Assembly (NCBI GenBank): GCA_963827655.1
Contig: CAWHCF010000022.1
Coordinates: 32,001 to 96,000 of the forward strand
DNA from: an uncultured Acidobacteriota bacterium
Lineage (GTDB): Bacteria; Acidobacteriota; UBA6911
Direction of reading: 5' to 3'
DNA length: 64,000 bases
Part shown: positions 21,723-33,057 of the stretch, one piece after another
Position numbering within the stretch: position 1 is the stretch's first letter
How the letters are laid out: every line of letters begins with the position of its first letter
The notes under the pieces: model-generated
Told to the model about the DNA's origin: nothing
What the model saw: only the letters and a program-made list of their open reading frames with translations
The model's database searches: none
Translations under genes and position numbers: made by a program

Positions 21723-21966
21723 GGTTTAAACTCCCATCCGGCAGGATTTGAATCGAGGCGGGCCGGAGGCAGAAATCAACCGCCGCGGCCCTGAGGGAAG
21801 CGGATCCGGCGCAGCCTCTGGCAGGATTTGGCAGGCGCATCGGAATCTCGTCTTACAGGAAAATCAGCTTTCAAATACTTGAGCAGGAATATACATCCTG
21901 CTACCAGAGGAGATCAACGCTTTGTAGGAAATAAAAAGAGGGCGGAGCTTGAGGTCGGCGAATTCG

Positions 21967-22045
21967 CTTCTTCGAGTCTTGGTGTCTTCGTGGTTAGTGC
22001 TGGTAGAACCAAAGACCCAACCTCTAAGACATGAAGACTCGAGTT
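21967..22045. repeat. Family A octamer-based inverted repeat
   Basis: CTTCTTCGAGTCTTGGTGTCTTCGTGGTTAG ... TAAGACATGAAGACTCGAG. Confidence 0.75.
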
Positions 22046-22118
22046 TGCAAAGGCGGGACCGGTGACCCTATCATGTCCGTCGGCACGATCGAGCAATCTA
22101 GTTCATGGGAAGGATCTC

Positions 22119-23094
22119 GTGGAGTTCGGCGTCTCACTACCCAGCCGCGGCGCGCTCGCCAAACCGGATCTCATCCTGAAGATCGCGGAGAAGGCCGAGG
22201 CCTTGCGGTATGATTCCCTGTTTGTCTCCGATCATATCGTGCTTCCGGCGTCCTACGCCTCCGCGTATCCCTACTCACCCACGCGACAGTTCCCCGGCGG
22301 GGCGGTCCAGGATTATCTCGAGCCGCTCGCGACGCTGAGCTATCTTGCGCACGCGACCAGGCGTGTCCGGCTCGGCACGAGCGTCCTCGTCGTTCCTTAC
22401 CGAAACCCGCTCGTCACGGCCAAGATCCTCGCGACCATCGACGTGCTCTCCGGCGGGCGCGTCATCCTCGGCGCCGGCGTCGGATGGATGCGCGAGGAGT
22501 TCGAAGCGCTGGCCACGGCCCCGTTCGAGGCGCGCGGCGAGGTAACCGACGAGTACCTGACGCTCATGCGCCGGAGCTGGACCACGGACCCGGTAAGCTT
22601 CGAGGGTCGGCACTACACCGTGCGCGACGTCCACGCGCTCCCCAAGCCGGTCCAGCCCGGTGGGATTCCGATCTGGATTGGCGGACACACGCCTGGCGCG
22701 CTCCGGCGTACCGGCGCATTGGGTGACGGATGGCATCCGATCGGCCAGCGACCACCCGCAATGCTGCTGCCGGAAGAGTACGCGGCGATGGTGAAGCAGA
22801 TCCACGCGGCGGCCCAGCGCGCAGGACGCGATCCCGGCAGCATACGGCTGACGTTCCGCGCGCCCATGGAGGTGCGTTCGCCCCGCTGCCAAGGCGCCGC
22901 GCGGCGACCGCATGATGTTTCAGGGCACCGCTGCCGAGGTGCTCACAGACCTCCGCGCGTATGCTGCCGTCGGCGTCAGTCACGTCGTGTTCGATGCCAC
23001 GGTGCAAGATCTGAAGGCCGTGCTCGCGAATCTCGAGCGCTTCGCCGACGAAGTCCGCCCGAAGCTTGTCTCCGGGGCCACTCACCCCGCGTGA
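22119..23094 (+). CDS. LLM-class (putatively F420-dependent) oxidoreductase (frameshift near 22890)
   Basis: FVSDHIV, VRLGTSVLVVPYRNP, SGGRVILGAGVGW..EEF, PKPVQ..PIWIGG; GTG start after SD. Confidence 0.88.
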
Positions 23095-23157
23095 TTCCTG
23101 ACCATCCCGGCTTCTTCCGCTGGTTTGAAACATCTTTTCTGAATACAATGATCTTCT

Positions 23158-23385
23158 GTGAATGCTGATTCCCGCCCTCCAAATGAACGTCGCGTTCCAT
23201 CGAAGGTCCTCGCCGAGGTCCGAAAGAACCGTCACGTCCGCCGCGATCTGCGAACGACCGGGGAGCGCATGGAAGCAGCTTTCGAGTTGAGTCTCGAAGC
23301 GCGCGCCTGGTTTCGTTCCGGGCTGAAGTCCCGAGGGTTCTCCGACTCCGAAAGTGCGGCCATCTTTCGCGCCAGACGTTCATGA
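23158..23385 (+). CDS. Small hypothetical protein, probable partner of the downstream nucleotidyltransferase
   Basis: 75-aa ORF (T.GER..AAFELS) whose TGA overlaps the next ATG. Confidence 0.55.
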   Translation: MNADSRPPNERRVPSKVLAEVRKNRHVRRDLRTTGERMEAAFELSLEARAWFRSGLKSRGFSDSESAAIFRARRS

Positions 23386-23534
23386 CACTCAGGGACCTGA
23401 TCGCCCCGATCGACGAACTCCTTCGCCAGGAGAGAATCCGATACGCAGTAATCGGCGGGTATGCGGTAGCGGCCTTACACGCCGTAACTTCTTGCTTTTT
23501 CGGCAAGATTCTTGGTGTTTCTTCGTGTCTTTGA
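23382..23534 (+). pseudogene. Truncated minimal nucleotidyltransferase (MNT)-like gene
   Basis: MTLRDLIAPIDELLRQERIRYAVIGGYAVAA, then reads into a family A repeat; no DxD motif. Confidence 0.65.
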
Positions 23535-23627
23535 GTCTTCGTGGTATTTGCTTAGACAGCTCTAACCACAAAGACACGAAGACACAAAGAAACACTAAGA
23601 GCACTTCGGGTTGCGGCCTCATGGCCG
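23486..23627. repeat. Full-length family A element with GGTTGCGGCC..GGCCGC terminal hairpin
   Basis: TCTTGGTGTTTCTTCGTGTCTTTGAGTCTTCGTGGT-loop-ACCACAAAGACACGAAGACACAAAGAAACACTAAGA; reverse complement of the 52333-52428 copy, loop included. Confidence 0.9.
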
Positions 23628-23670
23628 CGATTGTGAAGCTGCGCTATTCGGGATCTGCCGCCGGCGCGCG

Positions 23671-24930
23671 CTAAGCCCTGCGCACCATGGCGGGCACGAG
23701 GTGTTTGATCGAAGGGGCGCCGAGCTGCTGCATGATAACGCGCAGCTCGACGCGCAGCAATTCAAGCACGCGCTCCACGCCCGGCTGGCCGAACGCGCCC
23801 AGACCCCAGACACAGGGCCGGCCGATGCACACTCCTTGCGCGCCCATCGCCAGCGCCTTTGCGATGTCGGTGCCGCGACGGAAGCCGCCGTCGATCAAAA
23901 TCGGCATCCGGCCGCGAACCGCCTTGACGATCTCCGGCAGAACGTCGATGGTCGATTGCCCGCTGTCCTCGCTACGCCCGCCATGATTGGAGACGATGAT
24001 CGCGTCGATGCCGGCGTCGGCGGCGAGGACGGCGTCCTCGTGGGCCAGAATGCCCTTGATCACGATTTTCATCCTGGTCAGATCGCGCAGCCGCTTGATG
24101 AACTCCCAGGTCAGGTTGGATGATTGGATGTGTGTCAGCCCGGTGATGTCGACGCCCTCATACATGGACCTGCGATTGAGGTCCGCCTGCAGGCTGCTGC
24201 GGTCGTGGCAGCTGGAACAATTTCGCGTGTCGGTGCGCTGCAGCCGAAGGAAAGTTTCCTGGTTGCGACCGCCGGTGCGATCGACCGTCACCGCGACCAC
24301 CGGGCAGCCCGCCTTTTCCGCGCGTATCACGAAGGCTTTCGCGACTTCCCATTTGTTCGTGGCGTAGAGCTGGTACCAAACCGCAGCACCTCGGGCGGCG
24401 GTAACATCTTCGACCCCGGTGGTCGTGTTGGTGGAGAGGATCTGCAGGTGGTTTCCGGCTTTCGCCCCCTTGGCCGTTGCGATTTCGCCCTCCGGATGAT
24501 ACATCCTTTGACCGCCGACTGGCGCGATGATGATCGGCGTCTCGTATTTCACTCCAAGGATCTCGGTACTCATGTCCACCTTGCTGACGTCGACCAGCCG
24601 GCGCGGCCGGAGCTGGAACTTCAGGAAGTCGTCGCGGTTGGCGCGCAAGGTCACTTCATCATCGATGCCCGACGCCATGTAGCCGAAGTGCGCCGGTGGC
24701 ACATTTCGACGCATCACCGGCTCGAAATCGAAGACGTTGATGGCATCCTTCGGATTGCTGATCAAGCTCTCGGCATCGAGCGGCCTCCCCGCCGACGGGT
24801 CGCGCTGCTTCGGCTTCGGCAGAAAGGGTTCGGCCAAAGCCCAACCCGCTCCCGCGGCGAACAGGGGACTTCCGGCCAGGAATTGCAAGAACCGGCGACG
24901 GCTGGTCGCTGGATCAACAAAGGACGGCAT
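23671..24930 (-). CDS. FMN-dependent alpha-hydroxy acid oxidase/dehydrogenase with Tat signal
   Basis: SRRRFLQFL; LRPRRLVDVS, VIKGI, IVSNHGGR, DGGFRRGTD, GRP. Confidence 0.92.
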   Translation of the reverse strand: MPSFVDPATSRRRFLQFLAGSPLFAAGAGWALAEPFLPKPKQRDPSAGRPLDAESLISNPKDAINVFDFEPVMRRNVPPAHFGYMASGIDDEVTLRANRDDFLKFQLRPRRLVDVSKVDMSTEILGVKYETPIIIAPVGGQRMYHPEGEIATAKGAKAGNHLQILSTNTTTGVEDVTAARGAAVWYQLYATNKWEVAKAFVIRAEKAGCPVVAVTVDRTGGRNQETFLRLQRTDTRNCSSCHDRSSLQADLNRRSMYEGVDITGLTHIQSSNLTWEFIKRLRDLTRMKIVIKGILAHEDAVLAADAGIDAIIVSNHGGRSEDSGQSTIDVLPEIVKAVRGRMPILIDGGFRRGTDIAKALAMGAQGVCIGRPCVWGLGAFGQPGVERVLELLRVELRVIMQQLGAPSIKHLVPAMVRRA

Positions 24931-25456
24931 GACGGACCTCCTCCGGTCTCAGGCCTTCCGGAAATCGCATAGGTAAACTTCTCCCGAGATTTCTCATGAC
25001 TGTTCCGGAATTCAAGTAGACGTGGATTTTACACCATGGAAGGTCCGCAGTGTGAAATTTGCAGGAATATCCTGCGCGGCTGAGGCCGCAACCAAGGATT
25101 CGAGATACGTGGAGCCGCCGCGCGCTGAGCTTCAGCACTCAAGCCAAGACTTCTTCGCAAAATACAAAGAAGTCGGACGCAAAGAGATCTTGGATTCCGA
25201 ACGGAAGCGGAGGGCTTACTGCCCGAGCGCCTGTGGCACGGGTCCGAGACTGTGCACCCGCGCCTCATGACGGCCGAGCTTCAAGTAGACGCTTTCGGAA
25301 TTCCTGAACCATGGAGAGTAAGGCATAGCGTAGAAACTTGCAGAGCAATCCCATCTCCACGAGCGTCCGAGCTGAGGCCGACTACCATGGAATCTGAGTT
25401 GCCGGATGTCCCGTCGCCAGTAACGTAATCGGGAAGAACTCAGCCTAAATGCAGGT

Positions 25457-25481
25457 CGGACGGGCCTTGATAGCCCGTCCG
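25457..25481. terminator. Hairpin downstream of a TonB-dependent receptor
   Basis: CGGACGGGC-N7-GCCCGTCCG. Confidence 0.55.
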
Positions 25482-25521
25482 CACAATTTTTTGCGTGTAA
25501 ACCGCAGCACTTCTGTTCGGA

Positions 25522-28500
25522 CTAGAAGTGGTACTTCAGCGCGAACTCGATGATTCGCGGCGGGCTGACGGTGCCGCCGACCTGGCCGAACGTCAGCGAC
25601 GTCGCGGTCCAGGTGGTGGTCGGCGGGCTGAAGCTCGGCGTATTGGTGAAGTTGAAGAACTCCGCCCGGAAGTCTATGTACTGGCTCTCCGTGACGTTGA
25701 ACTTCTTCCCGACGCCGAGGTCCCAGTTGAAATAGCCCGGGGCCCGCACCGTCCCGACGCCGGCGCTGCCGAACGTCCCCAGCGCCGGTGCGCTGAAGGC
25801 GACATTCCCGCTCACGCCGCTGCACGCTCTGTTGAGCGGGTTGTAGATGTAGCAGTCGGGATCGCTGGTCAGAGTCGGCTCTCCGATCTGGTTTGGCCGC
25901 GCGCTGCCGCGGGGGTTCTGCAGTGAATTGTCGGTGGTCGTGATCGTCATCGGGAAGCCGGTGTGCGCGCTGACGATCGTGGACAGGTTCCAGCCGCCGA
26001 AGATCGCGTTCACAGCCGCGGGCGAGCCGTCTCCGAACTTGCGCCCCTTGCCGAACGGCAGATCGTAGGTTCCCGCCCAGACGAAGTTGTGGGTCGCGTC
26101 GAAGAACGCCGGACCGTAGTTGTACCCCCGGCGGTCGTAGTGATTGGCCGAGTAGGCGCCCTGAGCCGGCAACGCCCCCCGAGCCGTAATAGCCGAGGTT
26201 GTCGGTCATGGTCTTGCTGAAGGTATACGACAGGAGGTATTCCAGCCCGTCGGCGTATCGCTGGCGCGCGCTCACCTGCAGGCTGTGGTAGCGGCTGACG
26301 CCCCAGGAGGCCGTGCCGCTGATCTGCGTCACGTCGGGCAGGACCGAGTAGAGCGGGCGGCGGAGCTGGAACGCGGGCCAGGTGATCGCGGCGCCGGTGC
26401 CCGGAAGGGGCTGGTTCCAGTCGGTGGGGGCGACCAGGTGCGTGGCGGTGTGTCCCACGTAGGCCGCCGTCAGCGACATCGTATTCGTGAACTCGTGCTC
26501 GAGCGACAGGTTGTACTGCTGCGTGAACTGGGGGCGCACGTTCGGGTCCCAGACACGGATCAGGCCGAAAGGCTGTGTCGCGCGCGATCACGTCGTTGAA
26601 GCCCGTTGCGACGGTGCCCGGCCCGGTGGTGAGGTCGTAGGTGACGTCCGCTTCGGCGAAGAAGGGAGGATTGAGCGGCAGGCGCAGGTTCGAGCCTGTC
26701 CCCTCCATGTACTGGGTGATCCCGTACCCGGCGCGGATGACGAACCGGTCGGCAAGCGTCCACGCGAAGCCGATGCGCGGCTCGAAGCCCTTGTAGAAGG
26801 GCTCATAGAGCGCCCGGCTGTTGCCATCCCTGCCGGCGAACAGTTCCCTGCCGCTGAAGAGCTCGAAGTTGGCCTGGCGGTCAACCACTTCGACCACCGG
26901 CGAGGTGTACTCCCAGCGCATGCCCAGGATCCAGGTGAAGTTGGGCCGCATCTTGAAGTCGTCCTGGAAGAACAAGCCGATGCGGTTCTGGCGGTGCCCC
27001 CACAACCCCTTGTTGGTCCCGGCCGCGCCGCCGAGCGCCTTGCGCTGCAGCTGGTCGAGCAGGAAGTCGCCGAACTGGACCCCGGTGTACGTGGTGCTGT
27101 AGTTGAAGGACCCGAGGATGCCGTTGTTGCCGGCGTAGAAGCGGTTCTGCTGATACCTCTGCCACTGGCCGCCGAGCTTGAAAGTGTGGCGGCCGCGCAG
27201 GAAGGTCAGGTTGTCGCCGTAATGGAAGGTGTTGGTATAGTTGTTCTCGTTCGACCCGGAGCCGCCGACGTTAGTCAGACCGCTTCCGGGGGTGACGAGC
27301 GCGAGCCCGCTGTGGGCCTGCCCGCCAGGGATGCCGAACCGGGCGTTGAGATCGCCGACGCCGGCCCAGTCATAGACGTTGTCGGTCACGAAAACTGCGC
27401 GGTTGAACCCGACGCGGGCTTCGTTGATTGTCTTCGGGCTCAGGGTCCGGACCCAGTTGACCACGGCGTTCTGCGGCGTACTGACCTGCCTCGAGCCGGG
27501 GATGATCGCGATCTGGCCCTGGACGGTCCCCGCGTCAAAGTCCGCGTACGAGTAACGGGTCGACAAGTTATCCTTGTCGCTCAGCTTGTAGTCGATCTTG
27601 ACGTCGAACTGGTGGCCGTTGACCTCGTTGCCGGTGACGACATCGAGGATGCCGGTCGCGTTGGTCGGATCGATGCGGCTGGGCAGCGGGTACAGGGACG
27701 TATCGGCGAACAGCGCCTTGGCCACGGGATTGACGATCCGGTTTGCCGGGATGATGCCTCCCGCGAAAAAGCCGCAGGTCGACGTGTCACGCGGGTTGGT
27801 GCAGGTCTGTGGATCGCGGATCTGGACGTTGCCGGTCGACACGAGCGTGGACAGGTCGCCCGTCCGCCAGGCCGCCGGAGCGACGCGGATGAAGCCGCCG
27901 CCGCCGGTGCGCTGCGCCGTCCCCTGGTAGTCGACGAAGAAGAACACCTTCTCTTTCTTGATCGGCCCACCCAGCGTGCCGCCGTAGATGTGCTGCCGCA
28001 GCTTCGGCTTGGTGGTCACACCGGACCGGTTATTGGCCCAGGTCTGGGCGTCGAGCGCATCGTTGCGAATGAACTCGAACAGGTTGCCGTGGAAGTTGTT
28101 CGTCCCCGACTTGATCGTCGCGTTGATCGTCGCGCCGGTGACGTTTCCGAACTCCGCCGAGGAGTTGCTGGTCTCCACGCGGAATTCCTCCAGCGCGTCC
28201 ACGTTCGGCTTGTAGCCGATGCGGTTGTCGATGGTCTCGTCGACGGAGACCCCGTCGAGCAGGAAGGCATTCCCCTGCTCACGGTTGCCGTTAACATAGG
28301 GGCGTCCCTGGGTCTGCTGTCCGACGCCATTGAAGCCGGCGGGATTTGGATTGATCGTTCCGGGGATCAGCAGCGTCAGCTGCTGGAAGTTCCGGCCGTT
28401 GAGCGGCAGGTTCGTCGTGGTACGGCCCGATATGACGTTGCCCACCACGGGAGCTTCCGTCTGCAGGATCGGAGCGACTCCCGTCACCGAAATCGTGTCG

Positions 28501-28850
28501 GAAAGCTGCCCTAGCTCCATCTTCAGATCGACCCGGGCCGTCTGATTCACCTCAAGCCTGATCGGGTTGGTGACCGCCTTTTTGAAGCCGGTCAGTTCCG
28601 CCGAGACCACGTAGTTCCCGACGGGGAGAAAGGGGATCGTGTACGCACCGGCCGCGCTGGACTCGGTCGCGTATTCAAGTTGCGTTCCCTCATTCTTGGC
28701 GGTGACGGTGACGCCTGGAACCACTGCGCCGGTCTGATCTGTGACCGTCCCGGTTAAAGTTGCGGTGACGGTCTGGCCGTAAACCGCCGGGAGGCTAACG
28801 ATCGCAAGCGCGAACAAAAAACTAGCTGCACACCACTGGGGCGTTTTCAT
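25522..28850 (-). CDS. TonB-dependent receptor, carboxypeptidase-like N-terminus (frameshifts near 26570 and 26165)
   Basis: GTVTDQTGAVVPGVTV, LPLNGRNFQQL, IKSGTNNFHG, FRAEFFN, PRIIEFALKYHF; SD GGAG before MKTPQW. Confidence 0.92.
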
Positions 28851-28976
28851 ATACAAATACCTACTCCACAAGTTAAACGCAATACTTCACGAGTTAATCG
28901 CAATGCCGGGGATGTGAAAAAGATACTCCTCGAGGGGAAATTGTGCAAGTCCCAAATCCAAGCCGCTTGGAATTCG

Positions 28977-29023
28977 AGATTTTTTGGTGTTTCTTCGTGT
29001 CTTTGAGTCTTAGTGGTATTTGG
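28977..29023. repeat. Family A half element
   Basis: GATTTTTTGGTGTTTCTTCGTGTCTTTGAGTCTTAGTGGTATTTG. Confidence 0.8.
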
Positions 29024-29364
29024 TCCGAAAATTCTTTCCTCCCAGGCATCCGCCGATGTTAAACTCGCCGCCATCGGCGTGGTGAGGAGCGTCGCAGAAA
29101 GCGCCGGAAGTCCACATAACCCACCTCAACGCCCTCATCGGCAGGCTTGATACCCAAAACCCGCGGCTGGTTCTCCTATGCGCCTAGCCAGAGCAACGCG
29201 CCTCGCGGAGGCGAAGACCGCTTGTAAAGGGCAAAACCCAACTGGGAGGATCGAAGGAAGCCGGCTGGAAGTGTGCCCGCCACATGCCAGTGAGTCGAGG
29301 TCACTCCCGATCAGGTCGGGGTCGTTCACTTCGGCCGGTTTACGTGCCGGAACGGAGGAAAACC

Positions 29365-32300
29365 GTGGAAAAAGAAATGAGGAAAGGCTTGGGTGGCCGG
29401 ATCGGTTCCGGCAGCGGCTGTGCGAATTCGGCGAGCTGGCAGCCAATCCCGCATACAACCCCGTGGATTCGCGTCTTGGTGCTGTGCAGTCTTTGGTTAA
29501 TGCCGGCGGTCAGGCCGGCATTGGCTCAACTCGGCACCGCTACGATTTCAGGCAACGTGACGGACTCGACGGGCGCGGTTGTCGTGGGCGCCACTGTGAC
29601 GGCGGTAAACAACGCCACCGGCTTCCGGCGTCAGACGATTTCCAATGAGCTAGGTCAATACAACCTGCCCGGGTTATCTCCCGGTTCGTACAGCTTGACG
29701 GTTGAGGTCACGGGCTTCCGGCGAGCGGAGCTCAGCGACATCACGTTGCAGGTCGACCAGAATGCCCGCATCAACGTGCCACTCGAAGTAGGTCAGGTCA
29801 GCGAAACCGTGGAGATTACGAGCCAGGCGCCTCTGATCGAGACTCAGAGCCCCACGCTGGGCGCGGTGATCGACACCCAGAAGATTCTGGCGTTGCCGCT
29901 CAACGGCCGCAACTTCGTGCAGCTCGCGCTGCTGGTGCCTGGCGTTACGACGGGTACGGAAGGCGGCGACCCGGGACCCGACGGCTTCTCGGCCAACGGG
30001 CTGCGCGCCGACCAGAACGCTTTCCAGATCGACGGCACGTCCAACTCCGACCCGCTCCGGAACCGGATCAGCGTGCGTCCTACCATCGACTCGCTGCAAG
30101 AGTTCAAGATTCAAACCAACAACTACTCGGCGGAGTTCGGCAAGGGCGCCGGCGCCCAGGTCAACATCGTCACCAAGGGGGGCACCAAGGAGTTCCACGG
30201 CACCCTGTGGGAGTTTCTGCGCAACGATAACGTGCAGGCGCGCAACTTCTTCGACCGCAACTCGCGGTCCTTCCCGTGCGATCCCAGCGATTCGAATATC
30301 ACCACGCGCAGGGCGTGCGCGCCGCAGTACAACCAGAACCAGTTCGGCGCCAACCTCGGCGGGCCGATCGCCGGACGGACGTTCTTCTTCGGCGCCTTCG
30401 AGGGATTCCGGCAGCGGCGCGGCGGCGCCACCGTCACGCAGGTCCCGACCGCCGCCCAGCACAACGGCGACTTCAGCCAGACGCTTCTGGCGGCCAGCGC
30501 CGGCACGGACGCACTGGGACGCACCTGGCAGCGCGGCCAGTTATTCGACGCGAAGACTTCGAGACAGGTGATGGATGCGTCCGGCAGACTGCGCTTCGTC
30601 CGGGAGCCGTATCCGAACAACCAGATCCCGCGGAGCCATTTTGATCCCGTGGCGGCGAGCATGATTGCCAGCAGCGAATTCATGCCTCTTCCGAATGCTC
30701 CGGGATTCGTGAATGCCAACGGCGATGTCCTCGAGAACTGGCTCGACAGCCGGTCTGCCAAATTAGACAGCGAGCTTTTCAGCGGCCGGATCGATCACCA
30801 GTTTTCCGACAACGACACGATCTTCGGCCGCTTCAGCTTTCAGGATGCCCGCGAGTACATCCCACGCATCTTCCCGGGATTCGGCGCCGAGGATAATCTT
30901 CGAAATATCAACACCACGATCGCCTACACCAAGGTATTCAAGCCAACGCTGATCGGCGAGTTCCGATTTGGCCACCAGGGATGGTTCCAGGAAAGCGGCG
31001 CGGAGGACGGGATCGCGGGCAAGGACTGGCTGGGCACGTTCAACATGCCCGGCATGGACTTCGTCAGAGAATCCGGCGTTCTCGGTTCACCGGCCATCGA
31101 CATCTCAGGCTACGCCGTACCTGGAGGGATCGGCGCACTCGGCTTCGGCAACGGCGTCGGGCCGTTTTCCTACCGTAACTACACCTACCAGCCCATGGCC
31201 ATGTTTCGTTAGCAAGGGGAAGCACTTCATGAAGGTGGGCGGCGAGTTGCGCACCTCCCGCATGAACTCGATAGGCCCCCTGGGACAGGACGGGGGGACT
31301 CGCGGCACCTTCATCTTCGACACCATTGCCTGGACCGGAATCGAGGGCGTCAACAACACCGGGCACCCCATGGCGACCTTCCTGCTCGGCCTGCCAAGGC
31401 AGAAGACCCGGCTGGTAGGCGACTTCCAATTGAATTACTGGCTGCGGGAGTGGGGGGTCTTCTTCCAGGACGACTACAAGGCAACTCGCAACCTGACCCT
31501 CAACATCGGCGTGCGCTACATGTACTACACGCCCCCCTACGACTCCCGCAACGCTATTTCCTCGTGGGTCCAGCCGCAGGAGTGCCCCAGCTACAGCGTC
31601 TGCGGTCCCAACTATCTGAACCTGCCGGCGGACAGCCCCTACCAGGCGTATTACGGTATCGCGGGCGAAGACTTGCCGCGCTCACTCGCTCCCACGGATA
31701 AGAAGAACATCGGGCCGCGTTTCGGCTTTGCCTGGCAGCCGTTTGGCAGCAGCACCACGGTCATCCGTGGCGGCTACGGCATTTTCCACGACACCGTGCC
31801 GGTGTCGCTGAACGGGGACACCCTTCTGAACTACCCGCAGGTCATCGAAGACCAGGAGAACGTGGGTCTGGGCCAGAATGGTTTGCCGGTTCCGAATGCT
31901 CTGATCGGTTTTCGGATCAGCAAGCCGGGGTTGGGCGACGGCGGCCCCGGGTCGGTGGCGCAGTTCACGCCCGGACCCAACAACTTCAACCAGAACTTCA
32001 AGAATGCCTACATACAGGCCTGGAACTTGAGCATCCAGCGCCAGTTCCCCGGGCAGCTGGTGGTGGAAGCCGCCTACGCGGGTACGAAAGGCACTCGCCT
32101 GCATCGACAGATTGTACTGAACCTCGCCGAGCCGCTGGGCCCCTCGGCCGTGGTTCCCGACCTGACCAACGATCCGAACATCCGCAGCGACATCGGTGAG
32201 GTCGGGCGCAATCAGATGCGGCGGCTGGTGCCGGTAACGATAGAGCAGGGGGTGATCATACCCCTGGCCAACGTCTTCGAAGAACAGTCCACGGCGTTTT

Positions 32301-33016
32301 CGAACTACCATGGCGGCACGCTGCGGATTGAAAGGCGCTTCAGCCAGGGCCTGACCTTCCTTTCCACGTATACGTTCTCGAAAGGCATGTCCGACAACCC
32401 GGGGTGGCGCGGCGGGGGCCAAGGGCTCTCGTCCGCGGGAGCGCAGAACATCCTGGATCGCAAGATGGAGAAGGGGCTGGCGGATCTGGACCATCGTCAT
32501 CGCTTCACGACCGCGGCCGTGTACGAGTGGCCGTTCGGCCGGGACGGCAGCGGGATGGTCAGGAAGCTGATCGGCGGCTGGGCGACCGATGTGATCATCC
32601 AGCTGCAATCGGGGCTGCCCATGACCCCACAGCACCAGGGTGACGTGGGATCCATGGGGACCGACCAGGCATTGCGGCCCGACCTCGTCTGCGATCCCGA
32701 CCTTCCGCGCGGCGAGCAGACCGTCGAGAGGTTCTTCAACACGGACTGCTTCGTCAGGCAGGTACCGATGCGGTATGGAACGGCCGGACGCTCGGTGATC
32801 CTGGGACCCGGAACTATCGGGATCGACCTCGGGGTTCGCAAAGATACTCGTATTACCGAAAGGGTCAACCTGCAGTTCCGGGCGGAGTTTTTCAATCTCC
32901 CCAATCATCCCAACTTCAATCCTCCGAACAAGCGGTTGGGTTCAACACTCTTCGGGCGAGTCACCTCCGCCCGAGATCCCAGGATCATTCAGTTCGGATT
33001 GAAACTCGGGTTTTGA
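29365..33016 (+). CDS. TonB-dependent receptor, carboxypeptidase-like N-terminus (frameshift near 31205)
   Basis: GNVTDSTGAVVVGATV, LPLNGRNFVQL, QDDYK, FRAEFFN, PRIIQFGLKLGF; GTG start after GGAGG. Confidence 0.92.
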
Positions 33017-33057
33017 AGTATGATCATCGCAGCGATTTTTTCACCGGAGGCCGATTG

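Noticed and set aside
21882-25076. GCAGGA..TCCTGC palindromes at ~21882 and ~25060 as a shared operator
   Set aside because: The spacers differ (7 versus 3 nt) and there are only two instances.
26487-28514. Long antisense ORFs (675 aa here; also 42926-44620, 44904-46328 and 57879-59156)
   Set aside because: They lie opposite well-supported genes and reflect GC-rich codon bias; no recognisable motifs.
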